64,000 nt of DNA from Sphingobium sp. (GTDB taxonomy: Bacteria > Pseudomonadota > Alphaproteobacteria > Sphingomonadales > Sphingomonadaceae), in assembly GCA_036384035.1 (NCBI GenBank), contig DASVND010000035.1, positions 155,022 through 219,021 of the forward strand, given 5' to 3'. The notes below the pieces were generated by a model, which worked only from the letters and a program-made list of their open reading frames with translations, ran no database searches and had not been told where the DNA came from. Position numbers and translations under genes: made by a program. Shown here one piece after another: positions 19,385 through 29,314 of this stretch; the first letter of the stretch is position 1; the number at the start of each line of letters is the position of its first letter.

Positions 19385-20263
19385 TCAGCTGAGCAGCTTG
19401 ATGATCGACGAGAAGTCCCGGCCGCCCTCGCCCTTATTGGCGAGCAACTGATAGAGTGCCTCTGCGGCGTTGCCCATCGGCACGCTGGCGTTGACCGAGG
19501 CGGCAGCTTCGGTCGCCAGCTTCAGGTCCTTCAGCATCAGCGCGACGGCAAAGCCGCCCTGATAGTCGTTGTCGGCCGGCGTCTGCGGACCGACGCCGGG
19601 CAGCGGGCAGTAGCTGGTCATTGACCAGCTCTGGCCGGAAGAGACGCTGGAGATATCGAAGAAGGTCTGCGGGTCGAGGCCGAGCTTCTGCGCCATGGCG
19701 AAGGCTTCGCAGGTGGCGACCATGGTCGCGCCGAGCAGCATGTTGTTGCAGATCTTCGCGCCCTGGCCGGTGCCCGCGCCACCGGCGTGGATGACGGCCT
19801 TGCCCATGGCGTCCAGAATCGGCTTCGCCTTGGCAAAGGCCGCGTCCTCGCCGCCGACCATGAAGGTCAACGTGCCGCCATTGGCCGCGGCGATGCCGCC
19901 GGAGACCGGCGCGTCGACCATCTCGAAATCCTTGGCGACGGCCGCCTCGATCACGCGACGCGCGGTTGCGACGTCGATGGTCGAGCAGTCGAGGAACAGT
20001 GCGCCGGGCTTCGCAGCGCCGAACACTTCGTTGGTATAGACCGCCTCAACATGCTTGCCGGCGGGCAGCATCGTCACGACCGCATCGGCGCCCGCGACAG
20101 CGTCGGCCGCGCCGGTGCTGCGGGTCGCGCCAGCGGCTTCCGCCTTCACCAGCGCATCCTCGGACAGGTCGAACGCGCGCACGGCATAGCCGTTCTTCAC
20201 AAGGTTTGCGGCCATGCCGCCGCCCATATTGCCGAGTCCGATGAATGCGATGGTGGTGGTCAT
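19385..20263 (-). CDS. mmsB: 3-hydroxyisobutyrate dehydrogenase
   Basis: IAFIGLGNMGGGMA, DAPVSGG, AKICNNM. Confidence 0.95.
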   Translation of the reverse strand: MTTTIAFIGLGNMGGGMAANLVKNGYAVRAFDLSEDALVKAEAAGATRSTGAADAVAGADAVVTMLPAGKHVEAVYTNEVFGAAKPGALFLDCSTIDVATARRVIEAAVAKDFEMVDAPVSGGIAAANGGTLTFMVGGEDAAFAKAKPILDAMGKAVIHAGGAGTGQGAKICNNMLLGATMVATCEAFAMAQKLGLDPQTFFDISSVSSGQSWSMTSYCPLPGVGPQTPADNDYQGGFAVALMLKDLKLATEAAASVNASVPMGNAAEALYQLLANKGEGGRDFSSIIKLLS

Positions 20264-20284
20264 GCCCAGTCCTTCTTTAAGCAA

Positions 20285-20467
20285 CCTTCTCCCTCAAGGG
20301 AGAAGGATATGGAGCCTTGTGAGCGCAGCGAACTCGGCGGAGTTGGATGAGGGGGAGCGAGCCTTAGGCTCGCGCGCTTCCAAGGAAACGCTTACCCCTC
20401 ACCCAGCTACGACTAGGCGGCAGAGCCGCCAAGTCTGCGCAACCCTCTCCCCCCAAGGGGAGAGGGA
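20285..20467. repeat. Composite palindromic repeat (family C, CCCTCTCCC..GGGAGAGG ends)
   Basis: Terminal hairpins CCTTCTCCCTCAAGGGAGAAGG and CCCTCTCCCCCAAGGGGAGAGGG; internal CTAGGCGGCA-GCCGCCAAG shared with 57761-57918. Confidence 0.8.
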
Positions 20468-20473
20468 TAATCT

Positions 20474-21253
20474 TTACCGTCCCTTCCAGACGCCGGGGCG
20501 CTTCTCGACGAAGGCGGCCATGCCTTCCTTCTTGTCCTCGGTCGCGGTCAGGATCTGGAACAGGCGGCGTTCGGTCAGCAGGCCCTGGGCCAGGTTGGTT
20601 TCGAACGCGATGTTGACCATTTCCTTGTTCATCATGACGGCCATCGGCGGCATCGACGCGATCGTCGCCGCGGTCTTCAGCGCGTCATCCAGCAGATCGG
20701 CGGCAGGCACGATGCGGGCGACGAGGCTGGCGCGCTCGGCCTCCGCCGCGTCCATCATCCGGCCGGTCAGGCACATTTCCATGGCTTTCGCCTTGCCGAC
20801 GGCGCGGGTCAGGCGCTGCGACCCGCCCATACCCGGCGCGACGCCCAGCTTGATTTCGGGCTGGCCGAATTTCGCGGTGTCGGCGGCGATGATGAAGTCG
20901 GCCATCATTGCCAGTTCGCATCCGCCGCCCAGCGCGAAACCGGCGACGGCCGCGATCCAGGGCTTGCGGGTGGCGACGACGTTGCTCTGCCAGCCGGAGA
21001 AGAAGTCCTGAAGGAAGAAGTCGGCGGCGGCCATTTCGGACATCTGTTTGATGTCTGCGCCGGCGGCGAAAGCCTTCTCGCCGCTGCCGGTCAGGACCGC
21101 GCAGCGCTGCGACGGATCGGCGTCATATTTCGCGAATGCGTCCGACAGGTCGGCCAGCACCTGCGTGTTCAGCGCGTTCAGCGCCTGCGGGCGGTTGATC
21201 GTGATGAGGGTGACGGCGTCGCGCTGTTCGACGAGGATGGTTTCATAAGACAT
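20474..21253 (-). CDS. Enoyl-CoA hydratase
   Basis: [28 protein letters not shown]. Confidence 0.93.
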   Translation of the reverse strand: MSYETILVEQRDAVTLITINRPQALNALNTQVLADLSDAFAKYDADPSQRCAVLTGSGEKAFAAGADIKQMSEMAAADFFLQDFFSGWQSNVVATRKPWIAAVAGFALGGGCELAMMADFIIAADTAKFGQPEIKLGVAPGMGGSQRLTRAVGKAKAMEMCLTGRMMDAAEAERASLVARIVPAADLLDDALKTAATIASMPPMAVMMNKEMVNIAFETNLAQGLLTERRLFQILTATEDKKEGMAAFVEKRPGVWKGR

Positions 21254-21271
21254 GCGGTTCAGGCTCCCATT

Positions 21272-22354
21272 TCAGGCGCTAAGTTCGGGTAATGGCGTCC
21301 ATTCCTTCTCAGGCGGCAGCGGCGCAAAAAGCGAATCGACGAGCGCGTCGGTAACAGCTTCCGGCGTGGCGGGCTCCCACTTCGGCGCATTGTCCTTTTC
21401 GAAGATCACCGCGCGCACGCCCTCGACGAAATCGGGGCGGCGGATGGCGTGGCAGGCAATCCGGTATTCGTTGCGCATATTGTCGGCGAAATCCGTGAAA
21501 GCCGCGCCCTCGACCAATTGGCGCAGCGCCACCTTGATCGTCTGGGGCGATTTCGTGGCGAGCACGGACAGTTGCTTCTGCGCCCATTCCGACCCGTCGG
21601 CCTTCAGCGCGGCAAGGATGTCCTCATAGCGGTCCGATGCGAACAGGCGGTCGATGCCGGGGCGCAGCGCCTCGATCTTCGAGATGGGCGGGACCTCTCC
21701 CGCGCCGTCCAATATGGCTTCGAGCTGTGCCGGAGCGGCGATGATCCGGGCCTTCACATCGTCCAGCGCGCCGGAGGTTATATAATGGGTGGCAAGGCCG
21801 ATCGCCTTTGCGTCCGCGCCGTCGATGCGGCCGCCGGTCGCGGCGAGATAGGCGCCGATCCGGCCGGGCAGACGCGGCAGGAACCAGCCGCCGCCGACAT
21901 CGGGGAACAGGCCGATGCCGGTCTCTGGCATGGCGAACACCGTCCGTTCCGTCGCGACACGATAGCGGGCGGGGAGGGAGATGCCGACGCCGCCGCCCAT
22001 GGTAATGCCGTCGAGGAAGGCGACGATCGGCTTGTCATAGACGAACAGCAGATGGTTCATCCGGTATTCGACACGGAAGAACTTCTCGGCCTCCACGCAG
22101 TCGGTCTTGGCGCTGTTGGCGATCAGCGCGATGTCGCCGCCCGCGCAGAAACCTCGGGACAGCTTCGGGTCGCCATCGGGCGCGGGCGCATGGTCGATCA
22201 TCACGGCGATGACGGCGTCATCCTTGCGCCAGGCGAGCAACGCGTCATTCACCGCCTCACACATGTCGGGCGTCAGCGCATGGATCGCCCTTGGCCGGTT
22301 GAGGCGGATGCGGCCGACGCCGTTTTCGATGAAGGTCAGGACTTCGTCTGTCAT
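21272..22354 (-). CDS. Enoyl-CoA hydratase/isomerase family, 3-hydroxyisobutyryl-CoA hydrolase-like
   Basis: FCAGGDI, GITMGGGVGIS, AMPETGIGLFPDVGG, DFVEGVRA. Confidence 0.9.
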   Translation of the reverse strand: MTDEVLTFIENGVGRIRLNRPRAIHALTPDMCEAVNDALLAWRKDDAVIAVMIDHAPAPDGDPKLSRGFCAGGDIALIANSAKTDCVEAEKFFRVEYRMNHLLFVYDKPIVAFLDGITMGGGVGISLPARYRVATERTVFAMPETGIGLFPDVGGGWFLPRLPGRIGAYLAATGGRIDGADAKAIGLATHYITSGALDDVKARIIAAPAQLEAILDGAGEVPPISKIEALRPGIDRLFASDRYEDILAALKADGSEWAQKQLSVLATKSPQTIKVALRQLVEGAAFTDFADNMRNEYRIACHAIRRPDFVEGVRAVIFEKDNAPKWEPATPEAVTDALVDSLFAPLPPEKEWTPLPELSA

Positions 22355-22369
22355 GGATTATCTCTCAAA

Positions 22370-22469
22370 TTCCGTTCACCCTGAGCGAAGTCGAAGGGGC
22401 AGACTGAACGCAGTGAAGGCACTTCGCTTTGCTCAGTGGAAGGCTTCGACAAGCTCAGCCCGAACGGAA
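22370..22469. repeat. Palindromic REP-like element family A (long, nested form)
   Basis: TTCCGTTCACCCTGAGCGAAGTCGAAG ... CTTCGACAAGCTCAGCCCGAACGGAA. Confidence 0.85.
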
Positions 22470-22487
22470 GAGGGGTGACTACACGCA

Positions 22488-23633
22488 TCACTGCCGCAAC
22501 ATGTCCCGTCCGACGATCATCCGCATGACCTGGTTGGTGCCTTCAAGGATCGAATGGACGCGCAGGTCGCGCCAGAAGCGTTCGATCGGATAATCCTGCA
22601 GATAGCCGTAGCCGCCATGCAGTTGCAGCGCGCGGTCGACCACGGACGATCCGGTATCCGTTGCAAAGCGCTTGGCCATCGCGGCAAAGCGGGTCTTGTC
22701 GGGCGCATTCGCCGTCACCTTGGCGGCGGCGAGGTACAGGAGGGCGCGGGCGGCCTCCAGCTCCGTCGCCATGTCGGCAAGGGTGAACTGGGTCGCCTGG
22801 AAATCGGCGATGGCCTGGCCGAACTGCTTGCGGTCCTTGGTATAGGTCACGGCCTCGTCCAGGCAGCGCTGCGCGCCGCCCAGCGAACAGGCGCCGATGT
22901 TGAGGCGGCCGCCGTCGAGGCCCATCATCGCGATACGGAAGCCCTCACCCTCGCCGCCGACGAGATTTTCGACGGGCACGCGCACGCCGTCGAAATTCAC
23001 CTGCGCGGTCGGCTGGCTGTGCCACCCCAGCTTCTTTTCCTGCGCGCCGAAGCTGACGCCGGGCATGTCCTTTTCGATGACGAGGCAGCTGATGCCCTTG
23101 GCGCTGTCGTCGCCGGTGCGGACCATGACGAGGTAGATTTCATTCTCGCCACCGCCGGAGATGAACTGCTTGGAGCCGGTGACGACATAATGGTCGCCGT
23201 CCTTGACTGCCTTGGTCTTGAGCGCGGCGGCGTCGGAGCCCGATCCGGCTTCTGTCAGGCAATAGCTTCCCAACTGGTCCATCGGGATCATCGACGGCAG
23301 ATATTTGTCCTTCACCGTCTGGCTGCCGAAGCGATCGATCATCCACGCCGCCATGTTGTGGATGGAGATGAAGGCGCTGGTGGAGGGGCAGCCATAGGCC
23401 ATCGCCTCCATGATGATCGCCGATTCAAGCCGCCCGAGACCGATGCCGCCGGCCTCCTCCGACACATAGATGCCGCCGAAGCCGAGATCGGCCGCCGCCT
23501 TGATCGTGTCGCGGGGGAAGATGTGCTTCTCGTCCCACTCCGCCGCATGGGGCGTAATGGCGTCCGCGGTGAACTTGCGCGCCATGTCCTGAATGGCGAG
23601 TTGGTCCTCGGTAAGATCGAACTGGGTTGTCAT
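22488..23633 (-). CDS. Acyl-CoA dehydrogenase (isobutyryl-CoA dehydrogenase-like)
   Basis: SYCLTEAGSGSDA, QLHGGYGY, ILEGTNQVMR; lies in the mms cluster. Confidence 0.92.
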   Translation of the reverse strand: MTTQFDLTEDQLAIQDMARKFTADAITPHAAEWDEKHIFPRDTIKAAADLGFGGIYVSEEAGGIGLGRLESAIIMEAMAYGCPSTSAFISIHNMAAWMIDRFGSQTVKDKYLPSMIPMDQLGSYCLTEAGSGSDAAALKTKAVKDGDHYVVTGSKQFISGGGENEIYLVMVRTGDDSAKGISCLVIEKDMPGVSFGAQEKKLGWHSQPTAQVNFDGVRVPVENLVGGEGEGFRIAMMGLDGGRLNIGACSLGGAQRCLDEAVTYTKDRKQFGQAIADFQATQFTLADMATELEAARALLYLAAAKVTANAPDKTRFAAMAKRFATDTGSSVVDRALQLHGGYGYLQDYPIERFWRDLRVHSILEGTNQVMRMIVGRDMLRQ

Positions 23634-23658
23634 GATGTCTTGTCCATAAGAAGAAATC

Positions 23659-24046
23659 CGTCATGCTGACGGAAGTCAGCATCCATTAGCGCGGCATACC
23701 AATGGATCGTCAACCTTGCGTCTATATTCTCAGCAGCGGTCGTCACGGAACGATTTACATCGGTGTGACGTCCAATTTGCTGCAACGGTTGGATCAGCAC
23801 CGCACCGGCGTTACGCCCGGATTTACCACGCGCTATGGCGTAAAACGGTTGGTTCATTTCGAAATGGCCGACACAATGGAAGGAGCGATTTCGCGCGAGA
23901 AGCAGCTTAAGACATGGCGTCGCGCATGGAAGATCGCGCTGATCGAGAAGGATAATCCGTTCTGGGAAGATCGGGCCGTCATGCTCGGATTTCCGCCATT
24001 CGATCAGAGGTAGAGCCAATGGATGCTGACTTTCGTCAGCATGACG
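23659..24046 (+). mobile_element. Candidate REP-flanked GIY-YIG cassette
   Basis: 29-bp inverted repeats with 1 mismatch (23659-23687, 24018-24046), each an internal hairpin, enclose one antisense gene inside a conserved operon. Confidence 0.65.
23702..24013 (+). CDS. GIY-YIG nuclease family protein (UPF0213-like)
   Basis: VYIL...IYIGVTSNL..R..QH, FTTRYGVKRLV, AISREKQLK.W.R.WK..LIE..NP.W. Confidence 0.92.
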   Translation: MDRQPCVYILSSGRHGTIYIGVTSNLLQRLDQHRTGVTPGFTTRYGVKRLVHFEMADTMEGAISREKQLKTWRRAWKIALIEKDNPFWEDRAVMLGFPPFDQR

Positions 24047-24079
24047 AAAGGGGAAGGGATGTACCCCTCCCCCAATGAC

Positions 24080-25576
24080 TCATCCCATCGTCGGGATGAC
24101 GAAGGCGCTGTCGCCGGTGCCGCCGCCGTCCGGCCAGCGCTGCGTGATCGTCTTGACCTTGGTCCAGAACTTCACGCCTTCCATGCCGTGCTGGTTGGTG
24201 TCGCCAAAGGCCGACCGCTTCCAGCCGCCAAAGGTGTGGTAGGCGACCGGGACGGGGATCGGCACGTTGATGCCGACCATGCCGACATCGACGCGGGCCG
24301 CGAATTCGCGGGCGGCGTGGCCGTTGCGCGTGAACAGCGCGACGCCGTTGCCATATTGGTGCTTGCTGGGGAGGGCGACGGCTTCCTCGAAGCTCTCGGC
24401 GCGGACGATCTGCAGCACGGGGCCGAAGATTTCCTCCTTATAGGCTTCCATGTCGGTGGTGACATGGTCGAACAGCGTCGGGCCGACGAAGAAGCCTTCC
24501 TCATGCCCCTGCAGCTTGAAGCCGCGGCCGTCGATCACCAGCTCCGCGCCCTCGTCGACGCCGGTCTGGATCCAGTTCTCGATCTTCTGCTTGTGCGCAG
24601 CGGTCACGACCGGGCCGTAATGCGCCTCCGCATCAGTGGATACGCCGACGCGCAGGGCCTCGATCGCGGGGATCAGCTTTTCGCGCAGGGCAATGGCGGT
24701 CTTTTCGCCGACCGGCACCACGACCGGCAGCGCCATGCAGCGCTCACCCGCCGAGCCGAAGGCCGCGCCCGACAGGTCGTTGACGACCTGATCAAGGTCT
24801 GCGTCCGGCATGACGATGCCGTGGTTCTTCGCGCCACCCATGGCCTGCACGCGCTTGCCGGCGTCAACGCCGCGCTTGTAGACATAATGGGCGATGTCGG
24901 ACGAACCGACGAAGCTGACCGCCTTGATATCCGGATGGTCGAGGATGGCGTCGACCATTTCCTTGTCGCCCTGCACGACCTGCAGGATGCCGTCGGGTAG
25001 GCCGGCTTCGCTGAACAGTTCGGCGAGGCGGACGGGAACCGACGGATCACGCTCGGACGGCTTCATGATGAAGGCGTTGCCGGTGGCGATTGCGACGCCC
25101 GACATCCACAGCGGGATCATGCCCGGGAAGTTGAACGGGGTGATGCCCGCGCCGATGCCGAGCGGCTGGCGGAAGGAATAGACGTCGATGCCGGGACCTG
25201 CGCCGTGCGTATATTCGCCCTTCAGGACGTGCGGGATGCCGCAGCAGAATTCGATGACTTCCAGGCCGCGCTGGATGTCGCCCTTGGCGTCGGCGATGAC
25301 CTTGCCATGCTCGGACGAGAGCAGGTAGGCCAGCTCGTCCATATTCTTCTCGACCAGGGCCTTGAAGTTGAACATCACGCGGGCGCGGCGCTGCGGATTG
25401 ACGGCGGCCCAGGCGGGCTGCGCCTTCTTTGCGGCTTCGACGGCGAGGTCGAGCAGGGCCTTGTCGCCCAGCGCGACGCGGGCCTGGACGCCGCCACTAT
25501 TGGGATCGAACACATCGCTGTAACGGGCGGACTTGCCGTCATGGGCGAAGGCAAGTTTGTGGGAAATCTCACGCAT
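24080..25576 (-). CDS. mmsA: CoA-acylating methylmalonate-semialdehyde dehydrogenase
   Basis: ITPFNFP, MGGAKNH, GSAGERCMA, EEIFGPV. Real start MREISH at 25576; the ORF-track N-terminal extension overlaps lysR. Confidence 0.95.
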   Translation of the reverse strand: MREISHKLAFAHDGKSARYSDVFDPNSGGVQARVALGDKALLDLAVEAAKKAQPAWAAVNPQRRARVMFNFKALVEKNMDELAYLLSSEHGKVIADAKGDIQRGLEVIEFCCGIPHVLKGEYTHGAGPGIDVYSFRQPLGIGAGITPFNFPGMIPLWMSGVAIATGNAFIMKPSERDPSVPVRLAELFSEAGLPDGILQVVQGDKEMVDAILDHPDIKAVSFVGSSDIAHYVYKRGVDAGKRVQAMGGAKNHGIVMPDADLDQVVNDLSGAAFGSAGERCMALPVVVPVGEKTAIALREKLIPAIEALRVGVSTDAEAHYGPVVTAAHKQKIENWIQTGVDEGAELVIDGRGFKLQGHEEGFFVGPTLFDHVTTDMEAYKEEIFGPVLQIVRAESFEEAVALPSKHQYGNGVALFTRNGHAAREFAARVDVGMVGINVPIPVPVAYHTFGGWKRSAFGDTNQHGMEGVKFWTKVKTITQRWPDGGGTGDSAFVIPTMG

Positions 25577-25702
25577 AATAAGCGGTTCCTCTCGACACGG
25601 ATCCTGATGGAGTCGTTGGCGCGCCTTCTGGCCTATTGCGGAAATGCATGCAATGGCGCACATGCGCAAGGCGAAGCTGCGATTTTGCATGGGTGCGGCG
25701 AG

Positions 25703-26620
25703 ATGTTCGATTGGGACGACCTGCGGATTTTCCTGGCGGTGGCGCGAGCGCGCAAGGTTGCGCCGGCCGCGCGCACGCTGGGCATCGATGCAACGACCAT
25801 AGGCAGGCGGCTGACCCGGCTCGGCCGGTCGCTGGAGGCGGAGCTGTTCGAAATGTCCGGCGGGGAGCGCAGCCTGACCGAACGGGGGCAGGCGCTGTTC
25901 CGCCATGCCGAGGCCGTCGAGAGCGCGACCCTGGCCGCGATGGAGGAAGTGACGGGCGAATCCCGCAGCCTGTCCGGGCAGGTGCGCCTGTCGGTCGCGG
26001 AAGGGTTCGGCACCTGGATATTGGCGCCGGGCCTGTCGGAATTTCATGCGCGCAATCCCGGCATCCGCCTGGACCTGATCACTGCCTCGGGCTTCCTCAA
26101 TCCGTCGAAGCGGGAGGCGGACATGGCGGTGATGCTGGCGCGGCCGCAGCGCGGGCGGCTGGCGGTGCGGCGTCTGGGCGATTATCGCCTGCATCTCTAC
26201 GCCTCGCCCGCCTATCTGGAGCGGGCCGGGCGACCGGATCGCGGCGCTGCGCTGCGCGACCATACGCTGATCGGTTATGTGCCGGAATTCATTTTCTCCC
26301 CCGAATTGGACTATCTGGGTGAGGTGGAGACGGGGCTTGAGGCGCAGTTGCGCAGCACCAGCATCAACGTCCAGCATCGCATGGTTGCGGAAAGCGCGGG
26401 GATAGGAGTTCTGCCCGACTTCATTGGCCGGAACGACCCGCGGCTGGTGCCCGTGCTTGAGGCGGAAGTGGAAATCCAGCGGAGCTTCTGGCTCGTTACC
26501 CATGGCGACCTGCGCACGCTCGCGCGGATCGCGGCGGTCGCCCAATGGTTGCAGCAACGCGTCGATTCCCTGTCGGCCGATCGCATCCGGGCTATCGACG
26601 TAATGCCCCTGTCACGTTAA
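25703..26620 (+). CDS. LysR-family transcriptional regulator, divergent from mmsA
   Basis: MFDWDDLRIFLAVAR...AARTLGIDATTIGRRL HTH. Confidence 0.92.
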   Translation: MFDWDDLRIFLAVARARKVAPAARTLGIDATTIGRRLTRLGRSLEAELFEMSGGERSLTERGQALFRHAEAVESATLAAMEEVTGESRSLSGQVRLSVAEGFGTWILAPGLSEFHARNPGIRLDLITASGFLNPSKREADMAVMLARPQRGRLAVRRLGDYRLHLYASPAYLERAGRPDRGAALRDHTLIGYVPEFIFSPELDYLGEVETGLEAQLRSTSINVQHRMVAESAGIGVLPDFIGRNDPRLVPVLEAEVEIQRSFWLVTHGDLRTLARIAAVAQWLQQRVDSLSADRIRAIDVMPLSR

Positions 26621-26660
26621 GCGGGAATTTCCGCAATGAAGGGAGCATCGGGTCGCGCCA

Positions 26661-27290
26661 ATGCAGAACAGGTTCAAACGCATCCGCGCATCCGCAATCG
26701 AGTGTTCCCCCGACCACCGGACACAGGCGTCCGAATATCTGAATTTCCTGGCGGCCTGGGTGAAAAAGCCCCGGCAGACCGCATCGCTGGTGCCCAGCAG
26801 CCGGTATCTGGCGCGCCTGATGGTTCGCGACATTGCGCCGGATGGCGGCCGTGTGATGGAGCTGGGCGGCGGTACGGGCGTGTTCACCCGGGCCATCCTG
26901 TCGACCGGCCTGCCCGCCGACATGCTGGAAGTCGTGGAGATCAATCCGGCCTTCGCCCGTGGCCTGCGCCGGCATTTTCCGGGCGTATCGATCCTGGAGG
27001 TGCCCGCGCAATCCGTATCGTCCAGCGCGTCGGGCAAGCCGGGGGATTATCAGATCATCGTCAGTGGACTGCCGCTGCTGGCGATGGACAGGGCCATGCA
27101 TATCGCCATCCTGTCCGAGGCGTTCGCCATGCTGAAACCGGGGGGCAGCTTTGTGCAGTTCACCTATTCCCTGCGGCCGCCGATCAGCCGGGATACGATG
27201 AACCTGCTGGGCCTGGAGGTCGAGCGCGTGGGCCAGACGGTTCGCAATTTCCCGCCCGCGACGGTGTTCCGCTTCACGCGGCCTGTTTGA
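26661..27290 (+). CDS. Class I SAM-dependent methyltransferase, phospholipid N-methyltransferase (PmtA)-like
   Basis: PSSRYLA, ELGGGTGVFT, IVSGLPLL, FVQFTYS, NFPPATV. Confidence 0.8.
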   Translation: MQNRFKRIRASAIECSPDHRTQASEYLNFLAAWVKKPRQTASLVPSSRYLARLMVRDIAPDGGRVMELGGGTGVFTRAILSTGLPADMLEVVEINPAFARGLRRHFPGVSILEVPAQSVSSSASGKPGDYQIIVSGLPLLAMDRAMHIAILSEAFAMLKPGGSFVQFTYSLRPPISRDTMNLLGLEVERVGQTVRNFPPATVFRFTRPV

Positions 27291-27319
27291 ACGGAGCCGT
27301 CTGAACAGCGCTATCTGAA

Positions 27320-27685
27320 TCAGACCAGCGTCAGCCGGTCGTCCGCCTGCATGCCCTGGAGGAAGGATACGGGGCCACCCGCCGTTATGCGCTGGTCGAG
27401 GTCCTGGGCGGCAAGACCGCACAGGGCAAGGCCGCTCTGGCAGGCAATCACCTCCACGCCGAGCGACAGCGCGCCATCCAGCAATGTCGCCAGCGGCGGC
27501 AGTCCATGGGCGGCATGCATCGCGTCGCCGGGCACGGATATGGGCTGCCGGAGCAGCGCGGCGGCCTCATGCTGCAACAGGACCGCCGTTCTTTCCCCCA
27601 GCGCGGCATGGGCTGCGGCGATGGTGAGCGCGCCCCGGAACCGCTCTGCGTCAGCGGTCAGGACGATGATGTTCAGGCCGGGCAT
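27320..27685 (-). CDS. DsrE-family (sulfur relay-like) protein
   Basis: Small alpha/beta protein with GVEVIACQSGL; overlaps the moeB 3' end. Confidence 0.7.
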   Translation of the reverse strand: MPGLNIIVLTADAERFRGALTIAAAHAALGERTAVLLQHEAAALLRQPISVPGDAMHAAHGLPPLATLLDGALSLGVEVIACQSGLALCGLAAQDLDQRITAGGPVSFLQGMQADDRLTLV

Positions 27686-28437
27686 GCTTGCGTCGCGCAG
27701 GTCGGGCAGGCCGGGTCCTTGGGCACCGAGAGGGTGCGGAAGCGCAGCGACAGCGTGTCGGCCAGCAGCAACCTGCCCGCGCTGTCATCGCCAAAGGGGC
27801 AGATGGCGCGGATCACCTCCAGCGCGGCCATGCTGCCGATGATGCCGGTCAGCGCGCCGACGACGCCCTGATCAGAACAGTTCATGTCGGGCCGCGCGGG
27901 GTCGTCGCCGACCAGGCAGCGATAGCAGGGCTTGTCGGCCTCCCAGCCGCGATAGACGGCAAGCTGCCCGTCGAACTGGCCGACCGCCGCCGAGACCAGG
28001 GGAATGCGCAACCGCGTCGCCATATCGGAGACGGCAAGGCGGGTATCGAAATTGTCGGACCCGTCCAGGATGACGTCCGTATCGCGCAGCAGGTCGGCGG
28101 CGTTGTCGGCGTCGATGCGCCGGTTGATCGGGATCAGCTTCACGTCCGGGTTCAGGCGCGCGACGGCGGCCATCGCAGCTTCCGCCTTTGGCCGGTCGAC
28201 ATCCGGCGTGCCGAACAGGGTCTGCCGCTGCAGGTTCGATAAGGATACCAAGTCGTCATCTATGACCCGGATCGCGCCGACGCCCGCCGCCGCCAGATAC
28301 TGGATGGCCGGGCTGCCGATGCCGCCCGCGCCAATCACCGCCACCTGCGCGGACAGTAGCCGGACCTGGCCCGCCCCGCCAATCTCCTTCAGGATGATAT
28401 GGCGGGCATAGCGTTCAAGCTGATCGTCCGTCAGCAT
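27673..28437 (-). CDS. moeB: HesA/MoeB/ThiF family adenylyltransferase
   Basis: RYARHI, IGAGGIG, SNLQRQ, PCYRC, C-terminal CPTC. Confidence 0.88.
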   Translation of the reverse strand: MLTDDQLERYARHIILKEIGGAGQVRLLSAQVAVIGAGGIGSPAIQYLAAAGVGAIRVIDDDLVSLSNLQRQTLFGTPDVDRPKAEAAMAAVARLNPDVKLIPINRRIDADNAADLLRDTDVILDGSDNFDTRLAVSDMATRLRIPLVSAAVGQFDGQLAVYRGWEADKPCYRCLVGDDPARPDMNCSDQGVVGALTGIIGSMAALEVIRAICPFGDDSAGRLLLADTLSLRFRTLSVPKDPACPTCATQACPA

Positions 28438-28859
28438 CAACCGTCAAATTCCACGGCAAAGTCCATCCTAGTCCAGTACCAGTGCGGCTGCCTGTCGGCG
28501 GGCACCGGCGTGTTTCCCTGCATCCTGCGTATCTGTTCTTTTGCCGCGATGGTATCGAGAGCCGGGCAGTCCGTGTTGAGCGGAACCACCCGGGCAATCT
28601 GCCCTTCGCCGGAAATGAGGACGAAGATTGGAACGGAGATAGTATGGAGCCGGCCGTCCACGGCAACGGGCGTGCTGCATTTCCCGCGCTCGACCGCAGC
28701 GAAACCGTTAAGGTTGGTGACGCGATCCATCCGAAATGTCCTGGATAGTCTAAGAGGCTCGGCAGCCTCCAGCGATGTGGGCATGGGCGGCGCGGCCTGC
28801 GCGGACGTGATCGCGAAAAAGGAGATTGCCAACAGGGCCAGTGGATACTTCATCCTCAC
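28437..28859 (-). CDS. Exported hypothetical protein, translationally coupled between dut and moeB
   Basis: Signal peptide (AQA), two Cys; start and stop overlap both neighbours. Confidence 0.6.
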   Translation of the reverse strand: MRMKYPLALLAISFFAITSAQAAPPMPTSLEAAEPLRLSRTFRMDRVTNLNGFAAVERGKCSTPVAVDGRLHTISVPIFVLISGEGQIARVVPLNTDCPALDTIAAKEQIRRMQGNTPVPADRQPHWYWTRMDFAVEFDG

Positions 28860-29314
28860 ACTCCCGTGGAACCGAACCCTCCCGCGCCACGGGCCGTTCC
28901 GTCCAGTTCTTCTACCTCGGCGAAGCGGGCGTGCTGCACCGGGGCGGGGACGAGCTGGGCGATGCGATCGCCCCGGCGAATGGGAAATGCGTCGGCCCCG
29001 TGGTTGATCATAATGATCTTCAGCTCGCCGCGATAGTCGCTGTCGATGGTGCCGGGCGTATTGGGAACGGTGACGCCATGTTTGAGGGCCAGGCCGGATC
29101 GCGGGCGCACCTGCACCTCATATCCCGGCGGGATCGCCATTGCGAAACCAGTCGCGACCGCGTGGCGCTGGCCGGGGGCAAGGTCCAGTTCCTCCGCCGC
29201 GACAACGTCCATGCCGGCGGCGCCTTGCGTGGTGTAGGATGGAGCAGGCAGGCCCTCGCCATGGGGCAGGCGTTTCAGCAGGATATCAATCGTCGGCAGG
29301 GGATGTGAGGGCAT
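28856..29314 (-). CDS. dut: dUTP diphosphatase
   Basis: [32 protein letters not shown]. Confidence 0.97.
   Translation of the reverse strand: MPSHPLPTIDILLKRLPHGEGLPAPSYTTQGAAGMDVVAAEELDLAPGQRHAVATGFAMAIPPGYEVQVRPRSGLALKHGVTVPNTPGTIDSDYRGELKIIMINHGADAFPIRRGDRIAQLVPAPVQHARFAEVEELDGTARGAGGFGSTGV

Noticed and set aside
23630-24019. 129-aa minus-strand ORF over the GIY-YIG gene
   Set aside because: It is an antisense shadow; the plus strand carries the recognisable nuclease motifs.
24080-26557. 825-aa ORF as an mmsA fusion protein
   Set aside because: The N-terminal extension is the antisense of the lysR gene; MmsA homology starts at 25576.
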